Origin: Pseudomonas aeruginosa
GTDB taxonomy: Bacteria > Pseudomonadota > Gammaproteobacteria > Pseudomonadales > Pseudomonadaceae
DNA: 32,000 nt
Direction: 5' to 3'
NCBI RefSeq assembly: GCF_001457615.1
Contig: NZ_LN831024.1
Coordinates: forward strand, 5,790,001-5,822,000
Position numbers and translations under genes: made by a program. The notes beneath the pieces were generated by a model that did no database searches, was not told the origin of the DNA, and was given only the letters and a program-made list of their open reading frames with translations. Positions 1 to 8,944 of the stretch are shown here, in pieces. Numbering within the stretch: the stretch's first letter is position 1; each line of letters starts with the position of its first letter.

Positions 1-947
1 ACCAGCGGGTTGTCGGACACCGCGTTGGCTTCGATCTCCAGCACCTCGGCGGCCTGGCGCATCTGGGTCAGGCAGGCGCCCATCACCTGCGGCTGGCAAC
101 GCAGCGAATAGGGGTCCTGGACCTTGTCGCACTTCTCATGGGAACGCGCCACCTCGCTGCTGGCGGTGAGCAGGTCGCGATAGGCCGCGGCCACGTCGAT
201 CTGCCCACGCTGGCCGCGCGCGGCGTGGATGCGCGCATCGAACGGCGCCCGCGAACCGAGCATGGCCTCGACGCTGAGCCCGCCGCAGACGGTGGCGGCG
301 GCGAACAGGTCCTCGGCCTCGAACAACCCGCGCAGCGCGTAGGCGGTGGACACCTGGGTACCATTGAGCAGGGCCAGGCCTTCCTTCGCCGCCAGGGTCA
401 GCGGCTCCAGCCCGGCCACCGCCAGCGCCTCGGCGGCCGGCAGCCACTCACCGCGATGGCGCGCCCGGCTTTCGCCGATCAGCACCAGCGACATGTGCGC
501 CAGCGGCGCCAGGTCGCCGGAGGCGCCCACCGAGCCTTTCAGCGGGATGTGCGGATAGACCTCGGCGTTGATCAGCGCGATCAGCGCGTCGATCACCTTG
601 CGGCGGATGCCGGAGAACCCGCGAGCCAGGCTGTTCACCTTGAGCAGCATGACCAGCCGCACCATGGCGTCGTCCAGCGCCTCGCCGACGCCGGCGGCAT
701 GGGACAGGACGATGGAGCGCTGGAGCTTCTCCAGGTCGGCCGGTGAGATCCGCGTCGAGGCCAGAAGGCCGAAACCGGTATTGATGCCGTAGGCGGTGCG
801 GCCCTCGGCGATGATGTTCTCGACACAGGCGACGCTGGCGGCGACCGGCGCGTCGGCGCTGGGATCCAGGCTCAGGCGCACGGGGGCCAGGTAGGCTTGG
901 CGCAGGTCGGCCAGGGTCAGCTGGCCGGGTTTCAGATGCAGGCTCAT
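1..947 (-). CDS. hutH: Histidine ammonia-lyase, first ~315 codons (3' end runs off the window)
   Basis: The minus-strand frame is open from the window edge up to ATG (cat at 945-947). Translation begins [20 protein letters not shown] and includes the MIO-forming motif [14 protein letters not shown] (about 490-530). It is absent from the ORF track because no stop lies inside the window. Confidence 0.93.
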   Translation of the reverse strand, partial: MSLHLKPGQLTLADLRQAYLAPVRLSLDPSADAPVAASVACVENIIAEGRTAYGINTGFGLLASTRISPADLEKLQRSIVLSHAAGVGEALDDAMVRLVMLLKVNSLARGFSGIRRKVIDALIALINAEVYPHIPLKGSVGASGDLAPLAHMSLVLIGESRARHRGEWLPAAEALAVAGLEPLTLAAKEGLALLNGTQVSTAYALRGLFEAEDLFAAATVCGGLSVEAMLGSRAPFDARIHAARGQRGQIDVAAAYRDLLTASSEVARSHEKCDKVQDPYSLRCQPQVMGACLTQMRQAAEVLEIEANAVSDNPL

Positions 948-1043
948 CGAAGGCTCCTTGTTCGGTTCGGCGGGCTCGGCAGCGCCGTCCGCCAGCGGCG
1001 TTTCATGGGATTGAAGGCGGCCGCGCCGCCCTGGAAATTCGTC

Positions 1044-2486
1044 TCAGGCCCCGTGCGCGGGACGTTCGAAGGCGCCGGGATCGGCCGGCAGGATCATTCG
1101 CGCCGGGGCCTGGCGCGTGGCCTTGCGCCGCGCCACCAGGTAGTAGAGGACCGCCGGCACCAGCAAGCCGATGATCCAGGAGATATCCACGCCGCCGAGG
1201 TGCTCGACCATCGGTCCGGTGTACAGCGTGGTCGCCAGGAACGGCATCTGCACCAGCACGCCGAGGGTATAGACGGCGATTCCCGGCAGGTTCCAGCGAC
1301 CGTAGCGGCCGTCGGGGTCGGCCAGCGCGGGCACGTCATAGCGCTCGCGGGTGATGAAGTAGTAGTCGACCAGGTTCACCGCGCTCCACGGGGTGAAGAA
1401 GGTCAGCAGGAACAGGATGAAGGACTTGAACGCAGCGAGGAACGAGTGCTGGCCGAGCAGCGCGATGAGCGTCGAGGCGCCGACGATCACGAGGACGAAG
1501 AACAGGCGTTGCAGGCGGGTGATCTCCAGCTGACCGCGTACGCTGCTGATGATGGTCGCGATGCACATGAAGCTTCCGTAGGAGTTCAGCGTGGAAATGG
1601 TCACCTTGCCGAAGGCGATGCTGAAGTAGAGCAGCGCGGCGACGGTCCCGCTGCTGCCCAGGCCGACGATGTAGGCCACCTCGCGGCCGGCGAACTGACC
1701 GTTGGCCAGGGCTGCGGAGAACACCCCGAGGACCATCGAGGCCTGGGCGCCGAGCACCGAGCCGAGGCCGACGGCGAGGAAGGTCTTCCACGACGAGGTG
1801 GACGCCGGCAGGTAGCGTGAATAGTCGGCCACGTAGGGGCCGAAGGCGATCTGCCAGGACGCCGCCAGGGACACCGCGAGGAGGAACGAGGCCCAGCTGA
1901 AGTGGCGGATGGCGAGCAGATCGCCGATGTCGCTGAGCAGCATCAGGCGGCTGAACAGGTAGACGAAGGCGATGATGCCGAGGACGCTGGCGATCCGCCC
2001 GATGATGTGGATGACGCGATAGCCGAGCACCGTCACCAGGACGATGAAGGCGGCGAAGATGAAGATCCCGGCGCTGTCGCTGAGCCCGGTGAGCTGGCCG
2101 ATGGCCTGGCCGGAAAGCACCGTGCCGGTGGCGGTGAAGCCCAGGTACATCAGGCACACCAGGGCGATCGGGATGCAGGCGCCGTAGACGCCGAACTGCA
2201 CCCGGCTGGAAATCATCTGCGGCAGCCCCAGGCGCGGCCCCTGCGCGGCGTGCAGGGCCATCACCGCGCCGCCGAGGAGCTGGCCGATGAGCAGGCCGAC
2301 CAGCGACCAGAACACGTCGCCGCCGAGGACCACGGCGAGGGCGCCGGTGACGATGGCGGTGATCTGCAGGTTGGCCCCCAGCCAGAGGGTGAACTGGCTG
2401 TAGAGGCGGCCGTGGCGCTCGTTCGCCGGGATGTAGTCGATCGAGCGCCGTTCGATCAGTGGCTTGCTGTCGCTGCCCTGGGTCAT
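1044..2486 (-). CDS. NCS1-family (cytosine/purine/uracil/allantoin-type) permease inside the hutU-hutH operon
   Basis: ORF 1044..2645. I place the start at ATG 2486 (cat 2484-2486), which follows GGAG and gives MTQGSDSKPLIERRSIDYIPANERHGRLYSQFTLWLGAN. The protein is polytopic and hydrophobic with an NCS1-like N-terminal motif. The 53-codon upstream extension is Arg/Gly/Pro-rich junk. Confidence 0.85.
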   Translation of the reverse strand: MTQGSDSKPLIERRSIDYIPANERHGRLYSQFTLWLGANLQITAIVTGALAVVLGGDVFWSLVGLLIGQLLGGAVMALHAAQGPRLGLPQMISSRVQFGVYGACIPIALVCLMYLGFTATGTVLSGQAIGQLTGLSDSAGIFIFAAFIVLVTVLGYRVIHIIGRIASVLGIIAFVYLFSRLMLLSDIGDLLAIRHFSWASFLLAVSLAASWQIAFGPYVADYSRYLPASTSSWKTFLAVGLGSVLGAQASMVLGVFSAALANGQFAGREVAYIVGLGSSGTVAALLYFSIAFGKVTISTLNSYGSFMCIATIISSVRGQLEITRLQRLFFVLVIVGASTLIALLGQHSFLAAFKSFILFLLTFFTPWSAVNLVDYYFITRERYDVPALADPDGRYGRWNLPGIAVYTLGVLVQMPFLATTLYTGPMVEHLGGVDISWIIGLLVPAVLYYLVARRKATRQAPARMILPADPGAFERPAHGA

Positions 2487-2553
2487 GCTGCTGTACTCCG
2501 CTGCGGCTCGCGCGCCGCCATTCTTGTTGTGGCCTGGTCGGGACAGTGGGCGG

Positions 2554-2588
2554 CCGCCCCCACGCCCCGCCGGCGTGGAGGCGGTTTT
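2554..2588 (-). other. Strong intercistronic stem-loop between hutU and the permease gene
   Basis: 13-bp arms ccgcccccacgcc (2554-2566) and ggcgtggaggcgg (2572-2584) flank a 5-nt loop, 10 nt after the hutU stop. The single mismatch is C-A in plus-sense RNA but G-U in minus-sense RNA, so the structure fits the hut mRNA. No U-run follows it in the mRNA sense. Confidence 0.5.
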
Positions 2589-2593
2589 CGAGG

Positions 2594-4273
2594 TCAGCGC
2601 TGGGCGGTGATCATCGGCAGGTTCAGGCCCTGCTCCTTCGCGCAATCGATGGCGACCTGGTAGCCGGCGTCGGCGTGCCGCATCACCCCGGTCCCCGGGT
2701 CGTTGGTCAGCACGCGGGCGATGCGTTCGGCGGCCTCGTCGCTACCGTCGCAGACGATCACCATCCCGGAGTGCTGGGAGAAGCCCATGCCTACGCCGCC
2801 GCCGTGGTGCAGCGAGACCCAGGTGGCGCCGCTGGCGGTATTCAGCAGGGCATTCAGCAGCGGCCAGTCGGACACCGCGTCGGAGCCGTCCTGCATGGCC
2901 TCGGTCTCGCGGTTGGGGCTGGCCACCGAGCCGGAGTCGAGGTGGTCGCGGCCGATGACGATCGGCGCGGACAGCTCGCCGCTGCGCACCATCTCGTTGA
3001 AGGCCAGGCCGAGCTTGGCGCGCAGCCCCAGGCCAACCCAGCAGATGCGCGCCGGCAGGCCCTGGAAGCTGATGCGCTCGCGGGCCATGTCCAGCCAACG
3101 GTGCAGGTGGGCATCGTCGGGGATCAGTTGCTTGACCTTGGCGTCGGTCTTGTAGATGTCCTGCGGGTCGCCCGACAGCGCGGCCCAGCGGAACGGACCG
3201 ATGCCGCGACAGAACAGCGGGCGGATGTAGGCCGGGACGAAGCCGGGGAAATCGAAGGCATTGGCCACCCCCTCTTCCTTGGCCATCTGGCGGATGTTGT
3301 TGCCATAGTCGAAGGTCGGCACGCCCTGCTGCTGGAACGCCAGCATGGCCCGCACGTGTACCGCCATGGACTGCTTGGCGGCCTTGACCACGGCGGCCGG
3401 GTCGGTCTGCGCGCGGTCGCGGTACTCTTCCCAGCTCCAGCCGGCCGGCAGGTAGCCGTTGAGTGGATCGTGGGCGCTGGTCTGGTCGGTGACCATGTCC
3501 GGGCGTACGCCGCGGCGAACCAGTTCCGGAAGGATCTCGGCGGCATTGCCCAGCAGGGCGATGGAAATGGCCTTGCCTTCGGCGGTGTAGCGCTGGATCC
3601 GCGCCAGGGCGTCGTCCAGGTCCTTGGCCTGCTCGTCGACGTAGCGACTGCGCAGGCGGAAGTCGATGCGGCTCTGCTGGCACTCGATGTTCAGCGAACA
3701 GGCGCCGGCCAGGGTCGCCGCCAGCGGCTGGGCGCCGCCCATGCCGCCAAGGCCGGCGGTAAGCACCCAGCGGCCCTTGAGATTGCCGTCGTAATGCTGG
3801 CGGCCAGCCTCGACGAAGGTTTCGTAGGTGCCCTGGACGATGCCCTGGCTGCCGATGTAGATCCACGAACCGGCGGTCATCTGGCCGTACATCGCCAGGC
3901 CCTTGGCGTCCAGTTCGTTGAAGTGTTCCCAGGTCGCCCAGTGCGGCACCAGGTTGGAGTTGGCGATCAGCACCCGCGGCGCGTTGGCGTGGGTCTTGAA
4001 CACGCCGACCGGCTTGCCGGACTGTACCAGCAGGGTCTCGTCGTCGTTCAGTTGCTTGAGGGTCTCGACGATCCTGTCGTAGCACTCCCAGTTGCGCGCG
4101 GCGCGGCCGATGCCGCCGTAAACCACCAGTTCCCTGGGGTTCTCCGCGACCTCCGGGTCGAGGTTGTTCATCAGCATGCGCAGCGGCGCTTCGGTCAGCC
4201 AGCTCTTGGCGGTCAGCGTAGTGCCGCGCGGGGCGCGGATTTCGATATCGCGGAATTTGCTCGGGGTGGTCAC
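2594..4273 (-). CDS. hutU: Urocanate hydratase (urocanase)
   Basis: ORF 2594..4372. The conserved urocanase sequence starts at [46 protein letters not shown] assign the start to GTG 4273 (cac 4271-4273), 6 nt after AGGAG, giving 559 aa. Confidence 0.95.
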   Translation of the reverse strand: MTTPSKFRDIEIRAPRGTTLTAKSWLTEAPLRMLMNNLDPEVAENPRELVVYGGIGRAARNWECYDRIVETLKQLNDDETLLVQSGKPVGVFKTHANAPRVLIANSNLVPHWATWEHFNELDAKGLAMYGQMTAGSWIYIGSQGIVQGTYETFVEAGRQHYDGNLKGRWVLTAGLGGMGGAQPLAATLAGACSLNIECQQSRIDFRLRSRYVDEQAKDLDDALARIQRYTAEGKAISIALLGNAAEILPELVRRGVRPDMVTDQTSAHDPLNGYLPAGWSWEEYRDRAQTDPAAVVKAAKQSMAVHVRAMLAFQQQGVPTFDYGNNIRQMAKEEGVANAFDFPGFVPAYIRPLFCRGIGPFRWAALSGDPQDIYKTDAKVKQLIPDDAHLHRWLDMARERISFQGLPARICWVGLGLRAKLGLAFNEMVRSGELSAPIVIGRDHLDSGSVASPNRETEAMQDGSDAVSDWPLLNALLNTASGATWVSLHHGGGVGMGFSQHSGMVIVCDGSDEAAERIARVLTNDPGTGVMRHADAGYQVAIDCAKEQGLNLPMITAQR

Positions 4274-4377
4274 GGCAGGCTCCTGGGCGTGGCGTTCAAC
4301 GGGCGGCGCCCCGCGAGGGTGCGCCTGAATTCTGGGACGAAGCAGAGGTCGGGCTGGGTCTACCGAACACATCTATG

Positions 4378-4391
4378 CTTGTACATACAAG
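4378..4391. promoter_or_regulatory. Probable HutC operator upstream of hutU (CTTGTA-CA-TACAAG dyad, core TGTA-N2-TACA)
   Basis: The sequence cttgtacatacaag has perfect 6-bp inverted arms. It lies about 105 nt upstream of the hutU start in an AT-richer patch. The same TGTA-N2-TACA core recurs in the hutC/hutF intergenic region. Confidence 0.7.
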
Positions 4392-4394
4392 TAT

Positions 4395-4411
4395 AAGCAA
4401 AGGAAGGGCCA
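4395..4411 (-). promoter_or_regulatory. Candidate sigma54 (-24/-12) promoter for hutU
   Basis: The minus strand reads TGGCCC-TTCCT-TTGCT, with the same GG-to-GC spacing as the consensus TGGCAC-N5-TTGC. It sits immediately upstream of, and abuts, the HutC dyad. Confidence 0.55.
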
Positions 4412-4598
4412 ATTCTGCCGTCACGCCCTCCGGCGATATCTCCACACCCCCGTGAATCTCATTCAACCCGTTGATTTTTCTGGAATTAAGAATTAGCGAA
4501 GGTGGCCTCTTCCCCGGGGGAAGGAACCTGCCGGAACGGCCCTGGATGCACGTGGTCGAAGCGTGCGCGCACCGGTTTGGGGCCTTCGGTAACACCGT

Positions 4599-5396
4599 TC
4601 AGCGCAATTGCGGGTAACCCCAGCCCTGCGCCTGACGCTCGTAGTCGAGGAGAATCCGGTAATGCTCCTCGCCGGCCGGGAGGAAGCTTTTCAGCGCCAG
4701 TGTCGCGGCCAGGTGCGGGCACTCGATCAGCGTCAGGTTCAGCGCTTCGAACAGCTCGCGGCGTTGCGCCGCACTCCAGTGCAGCGAGGTGATCAGCGGC
4801 AAGGCCGGGCTCGGCGCGCTGCGCCCGAGCACGCGCAGGCCGGCCAGGCGCTCCGGTGCGTGGCGTTGCAGGTAGCCGAAGGTCACTGCATCCACCGAGG
4901 TCAGCTCGACCTCACCCGCCGCCACCATCGCCAGGCTGCGCAGGTGGCCGCCGCTGATGCGCACTTCGGCGAAGAACGCCGAGTCTCGCCCCAACGGCGC
5001 CAGCGCATGGCGCAGCAGGTTCATGCCGCTGTTGGAGTCGTGGTCGTTGAGCGCCAGGCGGGTATTGCGGAAGTCGCCGAGGCGCTGGCGCGCCTGTCCT
5101 TCGGCGGCGACGAACAGACTGCAATGCTCGCCGGGAGCGCAATCGGGCAAGTCGTAGCTGGGCACCGCGAGCACCGCCACCTGGCCGCGCAACTGGGTCA
5201 TCAGCGGATAGCCGCAGGTCTGCGCGAACAGCAGGTTAGGCTGTCGCCACTGCACCGCCAGATCGGCGGCGGCCGGCGCGTAACGGCGCACGCCCAGGCG
5301 CCGGCAGACCTCGCCGATGAAGGTTGCGCCGGCCTGCCTGACGCAGTCCGGCTCGACATACATGTCCAGCGCCGCCACCACCGGGGTATCGATCAT
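4599..5396 (-). CDS. Hypothetical protein, PhnD/SsuA-like periplasmic-binding-protein fold but with no signal peptide (function uncertain)
   Basis: ORF 4599..5396, ATG start (cat 5394-5396), sequence MIDTPVVAALDMYVEPDCVRQAG...FAQTCGYPLMTQLRG. The family assignment is from memory of the QTCGYP-type motif. It lies 18 nt downstream of the preceding gene. Confidence 0.8.
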   Translation of the reverse strand: MIDTPVVAALDMYVEPDCVRQAGATFIGEVCRRLGVRRYAPAAADLAVQWRQPNLLFAQTCGYPLMTQLRGQVAVLAVPSYDLPDCAPGEHCSLFVAAEGQARQRLGDFRNTRLALNDHDSNSGMNLLRHALAPLGRDSAFFAEVRISGGHLRSLAMVAAGEVELTSVDAVTFGYLQRHAPERLAGLRVLGRSAPSPALPLITSLHWSAAQRRELFEALNLTLIECPHLAATLALKSFLPAGEEHYRILLDYERQAQGWGYPQLR

Positions 5397-5414
5397 GCTC
5401 TCGTCCGCCTGCCT

Positions 5415-6353
5415 TCAATGCTCGGGATGCACCGGCGCATCCACCGGCCGCCAACCGTGGCGCCGCCATAGACGACCATAGCCGGGCAGGTGGAAATCGC
5501 CACTGCGTCGCCGGTAGGCACGGCGGCTTGCGTTATACACGCGCGGCAGCAGGTACCAGGGCAGGCCCGGCAGATCGTGGTGGACCAGATGCAGGTTGTT
5601 GTTGAGGAACAGCAGCCGCCACGGCCACCCCGCCTCGACCAGCACGCTGCGCTGCGCCGGCTCGCGGGCCGGACGGTGCTCGTAGAAAGAGCGCAGCATG
5701 CTCAGGCCGAGGGCCGGATAGGCCACCGCCGGCAGGTACAACCAGGGCGGGATGCCCGCCCAGCGCCAAAGCCCGGCCAGCAACCCGCCCAGCAGCACGG
5801 CATGCAGGCCCCACAGGCGCCAGGCGGCGCCCTCTCCCTGGCGCAACCGCGAACCCTCCAGGCGCGCCATCGCCGCCAGGGCCAGCAGCGGGCCGAGGGT
5901 GGCGCGACCGAGCAGGGTCTTGTCCAGGCAGAGCCAGCGCCGCCGCCAGGAGCCCAGGCGCGGCCATTCGGACAGACTGACGTAGCGACTCTCGGGGTCC
6001 AGCCCCGGGTAGGTCAGTTGCTCGTCGCGGTGGTGCCGCAAGTGGCTGTCACGGTACAGCGGATAGGGATACCAGACGGCCAGCGGCAGGTAGCCGAGCA
6101 CGGCGTTGAACCTCGGCCAGCGGGTCGGGTGGCCATGGATCAGCTCATGCTGCAACGACATGTAGAGGGAGGCGAACGGCACCAGCCCCGCCAGCACCGG
6201 CCAGCCCCAATGCCGATACTGGCTGGCGAGCAGTGCCCAACCGCCGTACAGGCAGGCGATCAGCAGCCAGGTCGGCCATTCGCTGCGCGCCTGGAAGGTA
6301 TCCTGGAGCCGCCGCACCAGGGTGCGCTGACGCCCGCTCAGGTAGTGCGCCAT
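5415..6353 (-). CDS. Membrane fatty-acid-desaturase-family (di-iron, histidine-box) protein
   Basis: ORF 5415..6353, 312 aa. It carries three histidine boxes (HELIHGH, HLRHHRD, HLVHHD) and hydrophobic helices (WLLIACLYGGWALLA, VLAGLVPFASLYM). There is no obvious SD, and the start is 15 nt after the upstream stop. Confidence 0.85.
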   Translation of the reverse strand: MAHYLSGRQRTLVRRLQDTFQARSEWPTWLLIACLYGGWALLASQYRHWGWPVLAGLVPFASLYMSLQHELIHGHPTRWPRFNAVLGYLPLAVWYPYPLYRDSHLRHHRDEQLTYPGLDPESRYVSLSEWPRLGSWRRRWLCLDKTLLGRATLGPLLALAAMARLEGSRLRQGEGAAWRLWGLHAVLLGGLLAGLWRWAGIPPWLYLPAVAYPALGLSMLRSFYEHRPAREPAQRSVLVEAGWPWRLLFLNNNLHLVHHDLPGLPWYLLPRVYNASRRAYRRRSGDFHLPGYGRLWRRHGWRPVDAPVHPEH

Positions 6354-6368
6354 GAAGGCTGGCGAGGC

Positions 6369-7391
6369 TTACTTCAGGGAGGTATCGAGGCGCGCGGCGA
6401 CTTCGGCCGGCACCCAGTGGCTCCAGATTTCGCGATGCTGGCGAAGGAACTGCGCACGCACCTCGCCGACCTCGCGATGATTCTGCGCCATGTCGGCGAG
6501 CAGCTCGTTGAACAGCGGCAAGGGGATCTCGACCTTGCGGAACAGCTCGACCAACGCCGGCGCCTTGTCATGGAAATCGCGGGAAACGCCAATGGTGATC
6601 TTCGCCGGCAACGAGCGGGAACCGATGGGGTCGGGGTTCTTCGGATCGGACAGGGTGGCCCAGGCCTTCTCGCTGAACGGCGGCTCTTCCAGTTGCACCA
6701 GCTTGAAACGGCCCATCAACGGAGTCGGCGACCAATAGTAGAAAAGCACCGGCTCACCGCGCCGGAAGGCCGCACTGATCGCCGCATCCAGCGCCGGGCC
6801 GGTGCCGGTGCGGAAGTTCGTGTAGCTGTCCTGCAACCTGTAGGCCTTGAGCTTCTGGCTGTTGACGATCTCGCAGGTCCAACCGGTCGGGCAGTTGTAG
6901 AAACGCCCCTTGGCGGGCTCCTCGGGATCGCGGAACAGCGCCTTGTAGCGCGGCAGGTCGGCGACCGACCTCAACTCCGGCGCCTTCGCCTCGATGCCTC
7001 GTTGCGGGTCGCCCTTGACCAGGTACTCCGGCACCCACCAGCCCTCGGTGGCGCCCTTCACCGTCTCGCCGACGGAGAACACCTCGCCCGCCTCCTCCGC
7101 CGCGCGCCACACCGGGCTACGCCCGGCCCATTGCTCCCCGGTGACCTGGATATCGTTCTGGCGCAGGGCGTTTTCCATGGTCACGGTATTGCCCGGCAGC
7201 GCGTCGGTCTCGCAGCCGTAGCCTTTTTCCAGTACGTAGCGCAACAGGTCGGTGGTGAACATGCCGCTTTCCCAGTTCAGCCCGGCGAACACCACTTTGC
7301 CCGGGTACGGGCATTCCGCCGCGACGGCGGTCTGGCTGGCGAGGCTGGCGCCCAGGGCGAGGACGGCGAGGATCTGGCGAAGCGGGGGCAT
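6369..7391 (-). CDS. Periplasmic substrate-binding protein, glycine-betaine/choline (OpuAC-like) type, with no cognate permease or ATPase nearby
   Basis: ORF 6369..7421. The start is more likely ATG 7391 (MPPLRQILAVLALGASLASQTAVAAE, a signal peptide), preceded by GGGAGA. The family call is from overall resemblance and is moderately certain. Confidence 0.8.
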   Translation of the reverse strand: MPPLRQILAVLALGASLASQTAVAAECPYPGKVVFAGLNWESGMFTTDLLRYVLEKGYGCETDALPGNTVTMENALRQNDIQVTGEQWAGRSPVWRAAEEAGEVFSVGETVKGATEGWWVPEYLVKGDPQRGIEAKAPELRSVADLPRYKALFRDPEEPAKGRFYNCPTGWTCEIVNSQKLKAYRLQDSYTNFRTGTGPALDAAISAAFRRGEPVLFYYWSPTPLMGRFKLVQLEEPPFSEKAWATLSDPKNPDPIGSRSLPAKITIGVSRDFHDKAPALVELFRKVEIPLPLFNELLADMAQNHREVGEVRAQFLRQHREIWSHWVPAEVAARLDTSLK

Positions 7392-7424
7392 GCGGGTCTC
7401 CCGGTTGGAGTCGGACGGCATGCG

Positions 7425-7480
7425 GAACTATATAGGCATTAAAAATATTGGATTAATAACGTTTGATTCTTTTGATAGAC
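7425..7480 (-). promoter_or_regulatory. AT-rich promoter region for the 7391..4599 three-gene operon (candidate -10 TATATA at 7429-7434)
   Basis: This roughly 55-bp block is very AT-rich (tatataggcattaaaaatattggattaataacgtttgattcttttgatagac) within a GC-rich genome. It lies between the hutD terminator and the next start codon. Exact promoter elements are not resolved. Confidence 0.35.
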
Positions 7481-7511
7481 AAAAGCGCCTACCCTTTCGG
7501 TGTAGACGCTT
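7480..7511 (-). terminator. Rho-independent terminator after hutC-hutD
   Basis: Minus-sense RNA reads agcgucuac-a-ccgaaagg-guaggcgcu followed by uuuug. The 9-bp stem includes one G-U pair that would be a C-A mismatch in the plus sense. It lies about 22 nt after the hutD stop. Confidence 0.7.
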
Positions 7512-7532
7512 TTTCCTGGCGGCGCCGGCGAA

Positions 7533-8123
7533 TCACAGCGAATCGAGTTCCACCGCACAGACCCACGCCGGCTCGTGTGCCGTCAGGCGCCAATGCTGCA
7601 AGCCCTGCAGTCCCTCGGCGCACAGGCAGTCGTGGGCAGCCAGTTGCCCGCGAGGTTGCCCTTGCAAGGAAATCGCTACCCCGCCCTGCTGGGCGAACAG
7701 CAGCAGCGTGCTCGCCGTGCCGTGCCAGTCCAGCTCGCCCTCGACCCGCAGCCATTGCAGGCGCGCGCGATGGCGCCGGGGCGCATAGATCAGGTTGAAG
7801 TCGCGGATAGCTCCATCGAGCAGGGTGCAGTGCACCTCGCTGTCGCCGGAAAAGGCGAAGGCCTGCCGCGCGCGTAGCGGCGCGGATTCCGCGCCATCCA
7901 CCCGCAGGCGCATGCCGCCGCCCTCCAGCACGCTGATGATCCGCTGGTAACCGGCGAAGCGGGAGAAGCCGCCGGACTCGCCGACATCGGCGATCGACAG
8001 GCGCCAGCCGAAGCCGTCCAGGCCGTCGCCGCCGTCGCGGGCGATCTCCTCGGTGGAGCCGGCGCCGTTCTTCCACGGCATTCTCGGGTAGTCGACGGCG
8101 CGCAGGATGCGGAATTCGCTCAT
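7533..8123 (-). CDS. hutD: HutD-family protein
   Basis: This is the C-terminal 196 codons of track ORF 7533..9569. ATG 8123 (cat 8121-8123) overlaps the hutC stop in an ATGA arrangement. Sequence MSEFRILRAVDYPRMPWKNGAGSTEEIARDG. The rest of the track ORF is out-of-context junk. Confidence 0.9.
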   Translation of the reverse strand: MSEFRILRAVDYPRMPWKNGAGSTEEIARDGGDGLDGFGWRLSIADVGESGGFSRFAGYQRIISVLEGGGMRLRVDGAESAPLRARQAFAFSGDSEVHCTLLDGAIRDFNLIYAPRRHRARLQWLRVEGELDWHGTASTLLLFAQQGGVAISLQGQPRGQLAAHDCLCAEGLQGLQHWRLTAHEPAWVCAVELDSL

Positions 8124-8872
8124 GAGCTGAAGCGTCCTTCCAGACGGTGGCGGGAACCCGGGTGCAGCAGCCGCGCGGCGGTCACCGCGACACGCCCGGA
8201 CCAGGTGCGGCGGCGGATCAGCAGGCACGGCTCGCCGCGTTCGATCTGCAACAGCTTGCACTCGGCCGGCTCGGCGAGGATCGCCTCGACCACATGCTCG
8301 CCCTCGGTGAGCGGCGCCACCTGGGTCAGGTAGGCATAGGGCGTTTGCCGGGTGAAATCCTGCTTGAGGTAGTCCGGCGCCACCGCGGCGTTCACGTAGC
8401 GGTCCTCGATCTGCACCGGGATATCGTTCTCGTAGTGCACGATCAGCGAGTGGAACACCCGCTGGCCTTCGCGCACGTCCAGTGCCAGGGCGCGCTCGGG
8501 GCCGGCGACCTCCTCGCCGAGGGTGATCACCTGGCAACGATGGCGATGCCCGCGGGCCGCGATCTCGTCGGCGATATTGTGCACCTCGAACAGTGCCGAC
8601 TGGCCCTTGGGCTCGGCGACGAAGGTACCGACCCCCTGCATGCGCACCAGCAGGCCGTCGCTGGTCAGTTCGCGCAGGGCGCGATTGATGGTCATGCGAC
8701 TGAAGCCGAGCTGGCTGACCAGTTCGCTCTCGGAGGGCACCCGGTGGTGCGGCGGCCAGGCGCCCGACTGGATCTGGCTGACGATCATCTGCTTGACCCG
8801 CGCGTAGAGCGGCGCCGGTACCTCGCCGAGTTGCGAGGCCAGCGGGGAACGATCGGAAGAAGAGGACGTCAC
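8120..8872 (-). CDS. hutC: GntR-family histidine-utilisation repressor
   Basis: ORF 8120..8872. The GTG start at 8872 lies 7 nt after AAGGAG. The N-terminal winged HTH reads PLYARVKQMIVSQIQSGAWPPHHRVPSESELVSQLGFSRMTINRALRELTSDGLL, followed by a UTRA-type C-terminal domain. Confidence 0.93.
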   Translation of the reverse strand: MTSSSSDRSPLASQLGEVPAPLYARVKQMIVSQIQSGAWPPHHRVPSESELVSQLGFSRMTINRALRELTSDGLLVRMQGVGTFVAEPKGQSALFEVHNIADEIAARGHRHRCQVITLGEEVAGPERALALDVREGQRVFHSLIVHYENDIPVQIEDRYVNAAVAPDYLKQDFTRQTPYAYLTQVAPLTEGEHVVEAILAEPAECKLLQIERGEPCLLIRRRTWSGRVAVTAARLLHPGSRHRLEGRFSS

Positions 8873-8928
8873 GGAGAGACTCCTTGTCGAGGCGTCGATG
8901 AAGTGAGTTTACGCACCGCTTAATCGTC

Positions 8929-8944
8929 TGTATATGTATATACA
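8929..8944. promoter_or_regulatory. Probable HutC operator in the hutC/hutF divergent region
   Basis: The sequence tgtatatgtatataca contains the perfect palindrome TGTATATACA (8935-8944, TGTA-TA-TACA). It is flanked by a second inverted pair, gtctgt (8926-8931) and acagac (8951-8956). Confidence 0.65.

Noticed and set aside
2459-4396. 645-aa plus-strand ORF
   Set aside because: It is exactly antisense to the highly conserved hutU. Its Ala/Gly/Arg/Val-rich composition is typical of antisense frames in GC-rich DNA, and I see no recognisable motifs.
4430-4500. AT-rich patches (also at 7425-7480, 8900-8960 and 25640-25730) as possible signs of foreign DNA
   Set aside because: Each is under 100 bp, lies in an intergenic promoter or operator region, and flanks core genes. 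There are no integrase, tRNA or direct-repeat boundaries.
4585-4620. GTAACA and GGTAAC hexamers resembling CbrB (TGTTAC-N14-GTAACA) half-sites upstream of hutU
   Set aside because: The two copies are direct, not inverted, have the wrong spacing, and partly lie inside the 3' end of the upstream gene. The support is insufficient.
5490-7442. 650-aa plus-strand ORF
   Set aside because: It is antisense to the desaturase-like and binding-protein genes. It is Arg/Gln/Pro/Ala-rich low-complexity sequence that spans two real genes and their intergenic gap.
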